Origin: Leucoraja erinacea
Taxonomy: Eukaryota
Direction: 5' to 3'
DNA length: 64,000 nt
Assembly: GCF_028641065.1 (NCBI RefSeq)
Contig: NC_073382.1
Span: 26,474,001-26,538,000 of the forward strand
Both the position numbers and the translations under genes were made by a program. Position 1 is the first letter of the stretch. Every line of letters begins with the position of its first letter. The notes below the pieces were generated by a model. That model was not told where the DNA came from. It saw only the letters and a list, made by a program, of their open reading frames with translations, and did no database searches. Below are positions 25,113 through 38,020 of this stretch, piece after piece.

Positions 25113-26077
25113 ATATGATTGTTCTTGTGTTGCCAAGCAGTTTAAACTACTCTATAACATATTCACCACCAAATGTGAAGTTAATTGAACAATGTAATTT
25201 CAAATATTACACCAACCACATGTGATTCTCACACCCACACTATGGCACAGCAACAACTTCAAATCAAAAATATAATTTAGTGGTTAAGTACTAAGAATCT
25301 AAAGACACAAGGTTTTTATCAGTATTTAGCACATTCTCCTTATCCTTGTAAATGCCCCAGTGAGAAGATTTGTTTTGGTTGGAAACAATTTTTCCCTCCA
25401 TTTGATGCTACTGAAGCCATTAACTATTGCTAAGGAACAGAAAGAAAGCACTCATATTACACATTTCTGCAAGTGCCAATCACTCTTTATCAAAGCCACG
25501 TGAAGTGTATAATAAAGCCATTTTCAACGCTGGAGGTATCACAACCCCATCTATTCCTGTTCTCACCTGAAATCCATAAAGCAGACAATTCCTAAAAGTC
25601 ACTGAGAACTTTGGAGGATTTTCCTCTCTCCAGATAATTGTAAGACAAATGTAAGTACGCAGCCGGCTCTCGAGCTTCAAACCACCAGGTACCAGAGTTC
25701 ATACTTCAAGCTTTTTAGTTCAGGTGCGTTTAAAAAAAAAAAAATGAAACCTTCTGCGATTATAATCATTAGAGGAGATGAAACACTTTATTTTCCAAAC
25801 TGAGATGAGGACAAAAGAGAATTGAAGAATCGGACAATAGTACTCGTACTCTATTAATAAAAAAACCTTCAACAGATCCTGGAATGAAATCCTTGACTGA
25901 AAAATGGAATCTTGCACCTAATACAATGTTCAAAGTCACATATTCAACATCTCCGCATTAAATATCAAAGAAGAGTTACTACCTTTTATTCCCCTGTTTT
26001 TCATGCATTTATCTTCTTTCACTGAGGTCTGGTGGGAAGCTTTCTTACAATTCAGCTTCATCGTGGCTATTAGTTGG

Positions 26078-26957
26078 CATATTCAAAATGGCGGCACTGC
26101 CTTAGCAGCTGCGGCTCGCCTGCAGTCCGTCTGGTTTTTTTTTTTGTGTTGTTCTTTTGTTCTGGTTTAGTTCATTTTTGGTTTATTGTGTATGTGTGTG
26201 GGTGGGGGGGAGAAAACATGTTTTTGGTCTCTTATTTCGGGGGGATGCGACTTCTCTTGTCGTATCCCCCGTCTCCGTCTCCGCCTGCGCCGAGGCCTTA
26301 TTTTGGGGGGACCTGACCTCGGAGCAGGCAGCGGCTGCGGCGACCCGATCCCAGAGCGGGCAGCGGCAGCCACCAGACCTTGGAGTGGGCAGAGGCAGTT
26401 GCGACCCGACCTCAGAGCGGGCAGTGGCAGCAGCAGCAGCCACCAGACCTCGGAGCGGGCAGAGGCAGCGGCAGCAGCGATCCGACCTCAGAGGATCGGC
26501 CGCGGGCCCGGTGGACGACATCATCGGGAGCTCGCAGGTCCCAGGTTGGTGACCTGTTCTCCGGAGCTCCTGCGGCAACAGCTGCGTCCTCTGGACTGGA
26601 GGGCCACAGCTTAGGCGGCTTCGACCACCCCGGGCCGCGAGGTTGAACCGGCCCGTTCGCGGAGCTTGGATTCAGCCGCGGGACTGACATTACTTACCAT
26701 CACCCGGCGGGGTCACAACATCCGAAGCCTGGATCGCCTCGGCGCAGAGGGAGAATAAGAAGGGAAGAGACAAAGACAAGACTTTTGCCTTCCATCACAG
26801 TGAGGAGTATTCAACACTGTGGTGGATGTTAATTTGTGTTTTTTGTGTGTTTTTGTCATTTTTTACTATATGTAGGACTGCAAGGCAACAACATTTTGTT
26901 CAGACCGCAAGGTCTGAATGACAATAAAGGCTACTTTGACTTTGACTTTGACTTTGA
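26078..26957 (+). mobile_element. GC-rich non-autonomous retroelement with central minisatellite and (CTTTGA)n tail
   Basis: Head GGCGGC...GCAGCTGCGGCTCGCCTGCAGTCCGTC then T-run as at 9912; repeated GACCTCRGAGCGGGCAG units 26310-26490; CCTTCCATCACAGTGAGGAG 3' block. Confidence 0.8.
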
Positions 26958-27094
26958 GTTATTGTGCATTGGTCTCAATTGTGCGTAAGAGGCTTTCTAT
27001 TTTAATTGCGGATCTGTAAGACGTGGGACAAGTGCTGTCAAAATGTTATGACATAGATGATAGGGCAATAAAGCCAGTACTGATATAAGACATG

Positions 27095-27225
27095 TGTAAG
27101 AAGGAACTGCAGATGCTAGTTTAAATCAAAGATAGTCACAAAAAGCTGGAGTAATTCAGCGGGACAGGCAGCATCTCTGCAGAGAAGGATTGGGTGACGT
27201 TTCGGGTCGAGACCCTTGTTCAGAC
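27095..27225 (-). mobile_element. Penelope-derived repeat
   Basis: Minus strand GTCTGAACAAGGGTCTCGACCCGAAACGTCACC. Confidence 0.75.
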
Positions 27226-27604
27226 GGTTATAATTATATAAGACATGAATATATTCAGTATCACATAACAGACTTTGTGTGTTGTAGGTACCAAAATGTT
27301 TTGATTTATTTCCAAACATCCGACAGCTGGCATGCCAGTTATTCCATTCATAGTGTAGGTGTAATATTATCAGAATTGCAAAATAATCACAATTATTATT
27401 ACCTGATATCAAATGGATATGTGTTTTGATGTATGTACGCATGATATAATAAAGATTAGAGCAGATGTTTAATAATTATAATGTTGTTTGATATTTTTAA
27501 GAAAAAGTGCTTTATTTGGTCCTTTCAATAACTGGTAAACTAGGGGAGAAGCAGCACAGAATGGGCAGCAAACATTTGAATGAATTACAATATTAAAGGA
27601 AGGT

Positions 27605-27738
27605 TGTGTAGGAAAGAACCGCAGATGCTGGTTTAAATCGAAGGTATACACAAAATGCTGGAGTAACTCAGCGGGACAGGCAGCATCTCTGGCGAGATAA
27701 AATGGGTGATGTTTCGGGTCGAGACCCTTCTTCAGACC
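27605..27738 (-). mobile_element. Penelope-derived repeat
   Basis: Minus strand GGTCTGAAGAAGGGTCTCGACCCGAAACATCACC. Confidence 0.75.
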
Positions 27739-30700
27739 TGGGCAGGCATTGGGAATGGTTGTGTTGTGCATGACAGTAACAAAAGTGCTTCAGCAGAAGA
27801 GAACCTGCGCTGGGCTATGTTGGACCATGTCACAGATGTTGATGGATTCTCTTTCTTAACATTCACAGAAGCCTAAAGATCAGTTTTGGGAAAACACTAG
27901 AATATTGAAGTTCTGAGCATGTGGCTTCAAATTGACACAGTCAAGGATCAGGGGTCAGAAAAACCTTCTCGTGTTTGATTGGAAGATGTTACAGTTCATA
28001 AAGCTGGTGTGAAAGTTTGGAATTAGTGGAGGGGTTGCAAGAGGTGCTGGAGAAGCAGGGATGTGTCAACAAACAGATAGAATTGGACACTTTTTCAATG
28101 AAGAGTAGTGCGTTGGTTGAGGAATTGGAAGGGTGTTTTGACAAGGTAATTTTGATGGGGATGAGATATCATTAGTACAGATTATCCCTGAATTATGGGG
28201 CCGCTCTTTTCCTAGACAAGGCTGTGTCGTGGTTTTCCATAACGCAAAGCAAACGCGAGTTGAAAAATAAATTTTTGTGTTGATTTATTGACTATTCTTT
28301 CAGATGAATTTCATGGTTAGTGATTTGTGAATACTGTGAGAGCAAATTTCCATAATGCGAATGGCTGCCATGCAGGGGTCACCTTTCATGTTGTCGCTGA
28401 CTGTATTTTGGCAGCACAATGCTGCTGCCTCACACCTCCAGCAGCTAAGGTTCAATCCTGATCTTTGGTGATGCCAGCGTGAAGTTTGACATTTTCTCTG
28501 TGACCACGTGGGTGCTCTGGTTTCTTCTTGGCTTATTTAGATTAATTTGGCTGCTCTAAATTGTCCCTTGTGCAGTTGGGTGGTAGGGCAATAAGGTAGA
28601 ATTGATGGGCATGTGAGGAATAAGTGGGAGAACGGGATTGCTTTGAGAGCTGGCATAGATTTAATGGGCTGAATAGCCTTCTATATCATAAAAGAAAGGA
28701 TGGAAATATGAGAAATACATGTCATTGGAATCAAGTGAGAGCAATTCAGCCAAGGGGACAGTAGAAAGGAGCACTATTTGCATATAATGGTGTATTGATC
28801 AAGAGGGATACAAAGGATAATACTGCAATTGCTTAATATTGTGGCTAAAGGTGTTATGAAGAAGTGAATGGAGTGAGAAGAGCCTACTTGCAGAATCACA
28901 TAAGGTGGTGTTGGATTAACAGACACAAATATAGGAAGTCAGTTCATGGACAATGACTGAGAACTGTGTTCAAATCATCGCAAACTTTGGAAAATATGTT
29001 GTATTATTTACACATGGAATGATGTACAAACTAACGCCGTACTAAAGCTTTTGAAATCTTTAGTATTGTTAAATGCTATCTTTCCCAAAAGTAAATCCAT
29101 TCATTTTAACTTCAGATTTCATCACTTCATTATAATTTTCAATTTGGGACAGAACCTTGCTCCTTGTCGATACCTTGTGATTTTAGGGCCATCACAGGAC
29201 AGATGTCCTTTATGCTTTTTGCTCCAGCTGTGCCACAAGTCTGACTGATAAAGTCATAAAGAAGAAATGGAACTTGCTTTGTTTCTTCATAATACTGTTC
29301 TCTCTGTAAAGATTTTCAGCTGTTTCTACTACAAACAGCTGCACATTGATTCCCTGCTGTTTTTCTAATTCTTCTAAGCTACTGTACAGCCGATTCATCT
29401 GGAAATCTCCAAAAGGCATGACTAATTTGTATAATTAATTTGTAAAGACATTAGCACCGCCAAATGAGCCTGATAAACAATTAAATGTGAATTTGAAGAT
29501 AATAAGCAAGTTATCCGCATACCAGTTATTCATTGGCTTTTCTAAGGATTTAATCATTACTCCCTATTTAAAAGGTGACAATAATTTGGGATGTCCCTTC
29601 AAGCCACCCACATCAGTCTTTGGTGCTCTCAATTAGGAAGATGATTTCAAACATTGCCACAACACTTTTGCCATGCCATGAAAGCATATCGGGAGTATGT
29701 ACTGTAATTAAGGCAGGAAAGGAAGGTTCTTGTGGGGCCTGTTTAGGGGTTAATGAGACATTGGCAGCTTCCAGCTGAGGGGATAGAGCCAGTTTAGCAC
29801 AGCTTCAAGAGGAAGCCACCCATAGGGGTTTCCTTTGAAGTGTCAAAAGGTCCCCTTGTTCTGGGTGGCTCATGTTTCATTTCTCTGAGTGGTGTATAAA
29901 AAATAAATGAGCTGCCAGCAGCAGCCTTCCCGACATTATTCCAGGATTGTATTTCCAACATGTTTGCCTGTAAATAAATTTGGGTAGAAGGGACATGAAA
30001 GAGAAGAGAAAAATTAAAGCATTTAAAAGTAGTTTCCAAAGTCTTCCAAAATGATACATTGGGTCAGGTGCCAGGAATAGTGGAGGGGATTCTTTTTAAC
30101 ATACCATGTGATATAATATCCTGTGTGGTATTTATTTTTCATCTGCCAACATAATACACATATTTTGTCCAATCAATATTTCTTAAGCTGTTTATTAAAT
30201 CAAAGTAAGTTATATTGCCATTTTTATACATTGTTGTGGGATAAGTTGGTTTAAAAAAAATTACATCTTCCATATGACTGCTGCATCTTTGGTATTTGTT
30301 TAATTTTAAATACGGAGATATGTGCATTTACGGTTTGGTTAGTAAATTAAAGTGAATTGTTAGGAAATGCCATCCAAATTGTCATGTATTAATCCAGTCT
30401 AGTTAAATGAATAGTACGTTCCGAGAAGTCATACAGAATTGTATGTTGTCAAGGATAAATCACATAATATAATGGGCTGCATTTTGCAAACCTGCATAAA
30501 TTTTGCAGTGTTCTTTGGAACCATACAGTTAAGGCCCAAATTCTGGAAGTGAATTAAATCAGCTTCCCGAGGCTTTCACTTCAACCTCTTAGGGGTAGAT
30601 AGAGGACATTGCCTAAGCTGTTAATTGTCCGATCAGCCCAGATACATTTTATTGCGCATGATAGAGTGTTCAATAAATTTCACTATTCAATACATACGTT

Positions 30701-31004
30701 CCCATTTTACATTATTTTATTCAGCATTAAAAATAAATTTACCTGAATTAATGGTTCACTATATAAGTGGTATTTATCTGCTCAGAATACATTATTATTA
30801 AGTAGGACATTCTGGAAATGATGTTATGGTTATAATATCACCATCTGATGCAGTGTTTGGACCCAAAATGTCACCCATCCCTTTGCCTCCAGATACTGCA
30901 TGACCCATGAGTTCCTCCAGTAAACCAAAACCAAAAGATGGCTTCTTACAGACAAAGATTGTCCTCACCTCACTTGGCTCTTGATTCCATTTCGCTCAGG
31001 AGAA

Positions 31005-31137
31005 TTCTGAAGAAGGGTCTCGACCCAAAACGTCACCCATTCCTTCTCTCCAGAGATGCTGCCTGGCCCGCTGAGTTACTCCAGCTTGTTGCGTCTATCT
31101 TAGGTTTAAACCAGCATCTGCGGTTCCTTCCTACACA
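31005..31137 (+). mobile_element. Penelope-derived repeat
   Basis: TCTGAAGAAGGGTCTCGACCCAAAACGTCACC plus shared downstream block. Confidence 0.75.
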
Positions 31138-31848
31138 TTTCGTCAGCACAGGAGAATTATATGGTAAAACAAGTGTCATTCTGCCACCCACAAACATAGC
31201 TTTTATTCAGGGTGCCATAGATGTAGCAACTTCACAGGACTGTATTGAAACAAATGAAAAGAAGCTGGAGGAGATACTGGAACCAAGGACAAAAAGCCTA
31301 CTCAAAGAGTTTGGTCGTTAGGAATATATTAAAGAAACATAGGAGAGTGGAGTCAGTGGCCCTGGTCTGGAGGCAGCTGAGGATAGGCAAAATCAGTGAA
31401 CCCCGCATGGGAATCTGAAGATGGGTCACAACCGAAATCATCACACATCAGTCCTTCTACAGATGGAGCCCGACCTGCAGAGTTCCTCCTCAAGCACTCC
31501 CTTCAGTTTTTTTATTGAAGCAGCAGTAGTGATGAAGATGTAGGAGGGTATTCCAGTGATTAGAAAATACGATGACCATGTTCAAGCATTGCTTCTACTG
31601 CCTTTGTTGGCATCAACTAACTTTGTTGTGCTTAGCAGGTGTCCAGATTTGTTATAGTTTGTTGTATATTGAAGAGCATCACAGTTATGCCCAGCTCTTT
31701 ACAGTAATTGTGGAACTTGAAAAGAAAGAAAATCAACAGAAAGAACTGGAGTAGCAGAGACCCAAAAGTATCTTGGATCAGTTAAACCTAAAAGATGTGC
31801 ACAAGGAGATTGGTATGTAATGCAGTCAGGAGATTGTTTCAACAATGA

Positions 31849-31985
31849 NNNNNNNNNNNNNNNNNNNNNNNNNNNNNNNNNNNNNNNNNNNNNNNNNNNN
31901 NNNNNNNNNNNNNNNNNNNNNNNNNNNNNNNNNNNNNNNNNNNNNNNNNNNNNNNNNNNNNNNNNNNNNNNNNNNNNNNNNNNNN
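31849..31985. other. Assembly gap (N run)
   Basis: Run of N. Confidence 1.
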
Positions 31986-32864
31986 AGGACCTTTGACCCA
32001 CCAAATGTGTGGCAACCAGCGATCCCTGTACACTATCACTATCCTATACACTAGGGATGATTTACAATTCTTACTGAAGCCAATTAACGACAAACCTGTG
32101 TGTCTTTGGAATGTGGGATGAATCCAGAACACCCAGAGAAAACCCACGCGGTCACAGGGAGAACGTACAAACTCCATACAGACAGCACCCGTAGTCAAGA
32201 TCGAACCTGGATTTCTGACACTGTAAAGCCCCTGTCCCACTTACGTGTCCTTGGCATGCTAATTACGTGACCTCATGGTCGTGTTGAGGCGCGAAGGTTG
32301 CGCGCGACTTCATGCATCCGCACAGCCATCTGGAGCGTGTGAACGTCATTTGAAGATGGACACAAAATGCAGGAGTAACTCAGCGGGACCAGCAGCATCT
32401 CTGGAGAGAAGCAATGGGTGATGACTCGGGTCGAGACCCTTCTTCAGTCTGAAAGAAGGGTCTTGACCCGAAACATCATCCATTCCTTCTCTCCAGAGAT
32501 GCTGCCGGTCACGCTGAGTTACTCCAGCATTTTGTGTCTATCTTCAATTTTTCTTGGCCCTGCTCTGGGAGTAGAAATGGCGGCGGATCCGGACCACGTG
32601 ATGTCAGAGCCGTGAGCCCCAGGCTGAGTTCGGCGATCGTTTGCCTGCTTCTGCTGCTGTTGGAGGTGAGATGTTGCATTGCGTCGCGCCAGGGTCTTGG
32701 GCCTGTCCCACTTTGGCTGTCAGTTACACGACTGGCCCTGTGTGGCCACACGATGCCTGTGCGTATCAATGCAACGACGAGGTTGTGTAATTTGCGTGCC
32801 AAGGACACGTAAGTGAGGCAGTGCCTTAAGACAGCAACTCTACCACTGTGCCACCGTGCCGCCC
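31986..32864 (-). mobile_element. tRNA-derived SINE interrupted by a MITE
   Basis: SINE body 31986-32226 and head 32827-32864 (reverse of GGGCGGCACGGTGGCACAGTGG). Confidence 0.8.
32227..32826. mobile_element. MITE, PIF/Harbinger-like, carrying a nested inverted Penelope-derived pair (about 32352-32547)
   Basis: TIR AGCCCCTGTCCCACTTACGTGTCCTTGGCA / TGCCAAGGACACGTAAGTGAGGCAGTGCCT; TAA TSD at 32224-32226 and 32827-32829. Confidence 0.82.
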
Positions 32865-35239
32865 TGAGATCCTATATGGACAATGCCAAAATTTGCAATC
32901 AACACTACTGATTCATTGTGAAGGATTACTTTGGGGTTACAGTGGACATTACAAAGCATCTGCTCATCAGACTTTGTTAACAGCCGGGAAGTTCATTAAA
33001 TTGGTGCAAGCAGATTTTAGGGATTGATAGTCAGTGGCGATTCTGAGTTGAAGGCACATGATTGGTTCCATGATTGATTGCAATCTGGTAGATTCAGAAA
33101 AAATAATTGAAGCAAGTTTAAAATTAGTATTCGTATAAAATCTTTTGTTTTTATATTTCATAGAGATTTATTTTCCTTACTCTCTCAGCACAGATATCAT
33201 GAGGTTTTATAAATTTAACCAGTGACTTCAAACGAGTACAACCTGCCCAAGGGCTTATTGTAGTATGCATGTATCCTTCATGTGCATTAAAGCATATTAG
33301 CAATGTTTCACTGCCCTCATCCCTCTGCAGTGTCCTGCCTTGTAAAACCTGTATCACTGGTAATGGAAGGATTAAATTCATTATTTTATGCCTAAGATGA
33401 CCCGTCATGGTGTTAATTTATTTATAAGTACTTCAGTGGAAATTAAACATAGTCTATAGTTGTTTCTAGGATGCTTTATTATCCCTTGTTATTTGTAGGA
33501 ATAGATGTCCAAGTGTTCAGCTTTCAGGTCAAATAATTTATGAAATTTCCTAATTCAGGCCATGCTTTGCATTTAGTTAACTGATGTCAGAAGAAGTGTC
33601 AACCACACCGTGCCTGAAACTAGTTATAAATCCTCTGAGTTATGAAGAAATTAAAGTAACTATTGTTACCCATGCTGTAAAAATGGATATATGAATATAG
33701 TTCAGATGCCATGGACAAAAGATCAATTATATTGATACCTGCAGTCCATTCAACCACAAAGAGTAGCCATCTGACTAATGTACAGATGTACCACTTGAAG
33801 AAGTGGACTGGGATGTATTCAGGTTGGTGGGTTTAATGGCTACTGTAAATTGCCCCAAGTGTAGATGAGTGGCAGAACTTGTGAAGAGTTTATGCAAATG
33901 GAGGGAGAATTAAATGTGGTTAACAAAAGATTAATGTAAATGGGTAATGTTGGTGAGCGTGGACTTGGGCTGAAGAACTGTTTCCGTGCTGAATGATTCT
34001 GTGTGACTATAACATTCACTTAGAATCACAGAATAAAATGCATATTTAATGCTGGTGCCAGTGTTCACCATCTTTAAACGTTGTGTACTATATTGTGATC
34101 ATAATGTTAGAGAAACGGATTTGAGATGAACAAGTGTCAGGAGGACAAAATTCATTATTTGAGGCTAGATGCGCATGATTGCATCGCATCATAATTGTGT
34201 GAAAACGATTCTTTGCAAACTCTTATAGATCTTAATTTTCATGTCCATTTCAGATAACTGCATATTAAAATGCTCTGATGTAACATTGACAAGTTTGAAA
34301 GGCAAGATTGCAAACAAACCATTACTGCAGTAACTTTGGGGGCATTATACTCAAGTTCCTGGAGGGTACAATGACAAAGAAAAAGCAAAAGTGAGTTTCA
34401 TTCCATTCTTTGTTCTGCCACAGCAATTATATCTTTATCAGATGGAGACTATTGCTTCAAAACCCCTCAAAGCTACTTGAAAGGGCAAGCTGCTTGTGGA
34501 TTGTGCTTTATGTTTGAAGCGTTAACAAAACCAAACATATGCACCCTTCGCTTTTAAAATTTCTCCTGCTGCAGTTACCTTGAACACAGAAATGGGAAGG
34601 TTGCCAGAGCACCAAGCCTTCATCATCTTCAGTGGCTGACAGGCTTAAGTAATACTAAAACAGTCATTAAAAATACAAGAGAGCTTACAAAATGGTACAT
34701 CAAAATAGAATTACAACAATGGTTCAAGCTCAGAAGATTGTGAACAGTAGTATTATGAAGAAAACAATGCTACTGTTGTGAAATTCACTTCTACTTGCAA
34801 TTTTAGAAGTTGCACATCTCTCTAGAATTCTATCCATACCTAATTATCAATAGACTGGTAGACTCCAAAATTTGAGTCTCATTTATGAGAGTTTCTGAAT
34901 AATGGAAATTATTATTCTTTGATGCTTATCACACATTTATGGGGTGATTATGACACTTTAAATTCAGGAAAACCCAATGTTTCAAAAAAGTATACAATTA
35001 AATGTATACATTGTTTGCATGCCAATATAAAATTAATCCCTGTTGATTCCTGTCCGACAGCATCAGTGAGTGGTTCTACAAAGATTTAGTTTAAGAGTCT
35101 ACAACAAATAAGTAATCTCCATTTAACTCTCAGAAATACAAGTTATGGTTCTGAGAAATCATTCACATTCACATTGTTAGCATCTTCCAACGCATTTTTG
35201 CTATTATTGTTTACAATTGTTGCAACGACTATCACCACC

Positions 35240-35518
35240 CGGTGGCACGGTGGCGCAGTGGTAGAGTTGTCTCCTTACAGCACCAGATCCTCACCATGGA
35301 TGCTGTCTGTACGTTCACCCCGTCACCTGCGTGGGTATTCTCCGGGTGCTCCGTTTTTTTTACACACTCCAAAGACGTACAGGATTGTAGGTAAATTGGC
35401 TTGGTATAATTGTAAATTGTCCCTAGTGTGTGCGGGATAGTGTAAGTGTGCGGGGAATGCTGGTCGGCGCTGACTCGGTAAGACAAAGGGCCTGTTTCCA
35501 CACTGTCTCTAAACCAAA
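35240..35518 (+). mobile_element. tRNA-derived SINE (HE1-like)
   Basis: GGTGGCACGGTGGCGCAGTGGTAGAGTTG head and conserved core. Confidence 0.8.
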
Positions 35519-35609
35519 CGACTAGCACCACCCCTTTACTATTCCTTCCGACCCTCATTTCTTTCCCCTGCTCTCCCTCTCTCTCTTTACACCAGAAGAC
35601 CGTAAAACC

Positions 35610-37788
35610 ATGACATAGAAGCAAATTAGGCCATTCGGTACATCGATATACTCCCCATCCAATCATGGCTGATCTATTTTTCCTCTCAATCCCATTCACC
35701 TGCCTCCTCCACATAATCTTTGACGCCCTTCCTAATCAAGAACCCATCACTCTCTGCTTTAAAAATACCCAATGTTTTAGCCTCCACAGCCGACCGTGCC
35801 AATACGTTCCACAGATTCACCATCCTCTGGCTAAAGAAATTTCTTCTCATCTCCATTCCAATGGTATATTCTTTAATTCTGAATATGTTTCCTCAGGTTC
35901 TAGGTTCCCATTACTGAAAACATCCTTTCCATGCCCACTCTGTCTAAGCCTATCATTATTTGATGGGTTTCAGTGAGATCCTCCCCTGATCCTTATGAAC
36001 TTCAGAAGCCCAGAGCCTTGAAACAATTCTCATATATTAACACAATTATCCCCAGAATCATTCTCCTAAAGCTCCTCTAAACCATTTCCAAACTAACACA
36101 TCCTTCCTCAGATTTGAACTGTTTTTTTGCCAGGTTTGATTGCGCCGACAGCAGTGACATCATACAGGCACAGCAGGGACCCTCACCACCGGTGCTGACT
36201 CTGAGCCCCCACGACAGGGACCCTCACCACCGGCGCTGACTCTGAGCCCCCACGACGTGAGACGGACCCTGCAGCACATCAACCCCAACAAGGCCACCGG
36301 ACCTGACGGAGTACCAGGGCGGGTTCTGAAGCACTGCGCAGGGGAGCTGACTGTGGTGTTCACGGACCTGTTTAACACCTCCCTGCTGCAGGCCTCCATC
36401 CCAACATGCCTCAAGACAGCCACAATCATCCCTGTGCCAAAACAATCAGCCATCAGGTCCCTCAACGACTATCGGCCAGTGCCGCTGACACCGGTGGTGA
36501 TTAAGTGCTTCGAACGTCTGGTACTGGGACACATGAAGAACAGCATCCCCCCCTCCTTAGACCACCACCAATTTGCCTATAGGGCAAACAGGTCGATGAA
36601 GGACGCAATGTCACTGGCCCTCCACTTCACCCTGACACACCTTGACCAGCGGGACAGTTATGTGCGGATGCTATTCATAGATTATAGCTCCGCCTTTAAC
36701 ACCATCCCCCCCATAAACTAGTCACCAAGCTGGACCACCTGGGCCTCAACACACACCTGAGCAGCTGGGTCCTGGACTTTCTCACCGGCCGACCACAGAC
36801 TGTGCGCATGGGGAGGCAGGTCTCCTCCAGCATCACCCTGAACATCGGTGCACCACAGGGCTGTGTGTTGAGCCCCTCTACACTTTCGACTGCAACTGCA
36901 AACCCACCCACGAGGCCAACACCATATTAAAGTTTGCAGATGACACCATCGTGGTAGGCAGGATCACGAGTAACAACGAGGCCGCCTACAGGACAGAGGT
37001 AGAGAACCTGGTCAGCTGGAGCCGTGAGAACAACCTGATCCTCAACGCAGCAAAAACAAAGGAGATGATCCTGGACTTCAGGAGGAGACCGAAGACCTTT
37101 GTCCATCAGCCCATCACCATTAACGGCGAGACAGTGGAGGCTGTGCAGAACATCAGGTACCTCGGGGTCAACATCAGCCACGACCTGACCTGGACCGTCA
37201 ACATCACGGCGACAGCCGAGAAAGGACTTCCAAGGCTTCACTTCCTGAGGTGCTTGAAGAGGGCACGTCTCCCACAACAGCTGCTGGTGAGCTTCTACAG
37301 GTCAGCCATCGAGTCAGTTCTCACATACTGCATCACAGTATGGTACTCTGGCTGCACCGCAGAGAACAGGAAAGCTCTCCAACGCGTCATTAAGACTGCT
37401 GAGAGGATCACTGGCACCCAGCTCTCCAGACTGGAGGACATCTACCAGACCCGCTGCATCCGGAGGGTCAAGGGCATCATTAGAGACAGCACACACCCTG
37501 GACACTGCCTCTTCACCCCCGTGCCCTCAGGAAGACGATACAGGACACTGAGCGCCTGCACGACAAGACTAAAAAACAGCTTCTACCATAGAGCTGTGAC
37601 ACTACTGAACTCTATCCCCCTCCCACACTGACTCCCCCCCTCTCTCTCACACACACCCGCCCATACTCCTATATGTTTATAGTCTAATTTTTTAATAGTT
37701 CTTTTTTAAACGTATTTTATACTCATATTCCTGTGCAGCTGGAGGACTGCCCCAACAAAATGTTGTTGTCTTGTACAATGACAATAAA

Positions 37789-37864
<76 letters not shown>

Positions 37865-38020
37865 TGTGACCCAAAACTGCTCACAGTATTCTAAATGTGG
37901 CCTCACCAGTGCCTTATAAAGCCTTAACACTACATCCCTGGTTTTATATTCTAGTACCCTTGAAATGAATGCTAGCATTGCATTTGACTTCCTTACCGAC
38001 GACCCAATCTGCAAATTAAT
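35610..38020 (-). mobile_element. CR1-like LINE 3' fragment split by the Rex/Babar insertion (parts about 35610-36116 and 37862-38020)
   Basis: Minus ORF 37706-38014 contains NAMLAFISR...LYKALVRPHLEYCEQFW; CR1 3' UTR at 35610-35800. Confidence 0.75.
36117..37861 (+). mobile_element. 5'-truncated Rex1/Babar-type LINE with nearly complete RT domain, frameshifted
   Basis: [77 protein letters not shown]; (TTA)n tail 37789-37861; TSD ATTTG at 36112-36116 and 37862-37866. Confidence 0.92.

Noticed and set aside
26310-26490. Repeat array superficially like CRISPR
   Set aside because: Degenerate tandem minisatellite with no unique spacers or cas genes; eukaryotic context
34254-34390. Plus-strand exon-like segment (TTTCAG acceptor, GTGAGT donor)
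   Set aside because: Stops in all three frames and no partner exons
37706-38014. ORF with poly-Asn tract
   Set aside because: CR1 fragment read into the (TTA)n tail of the Rex/Babar LINE
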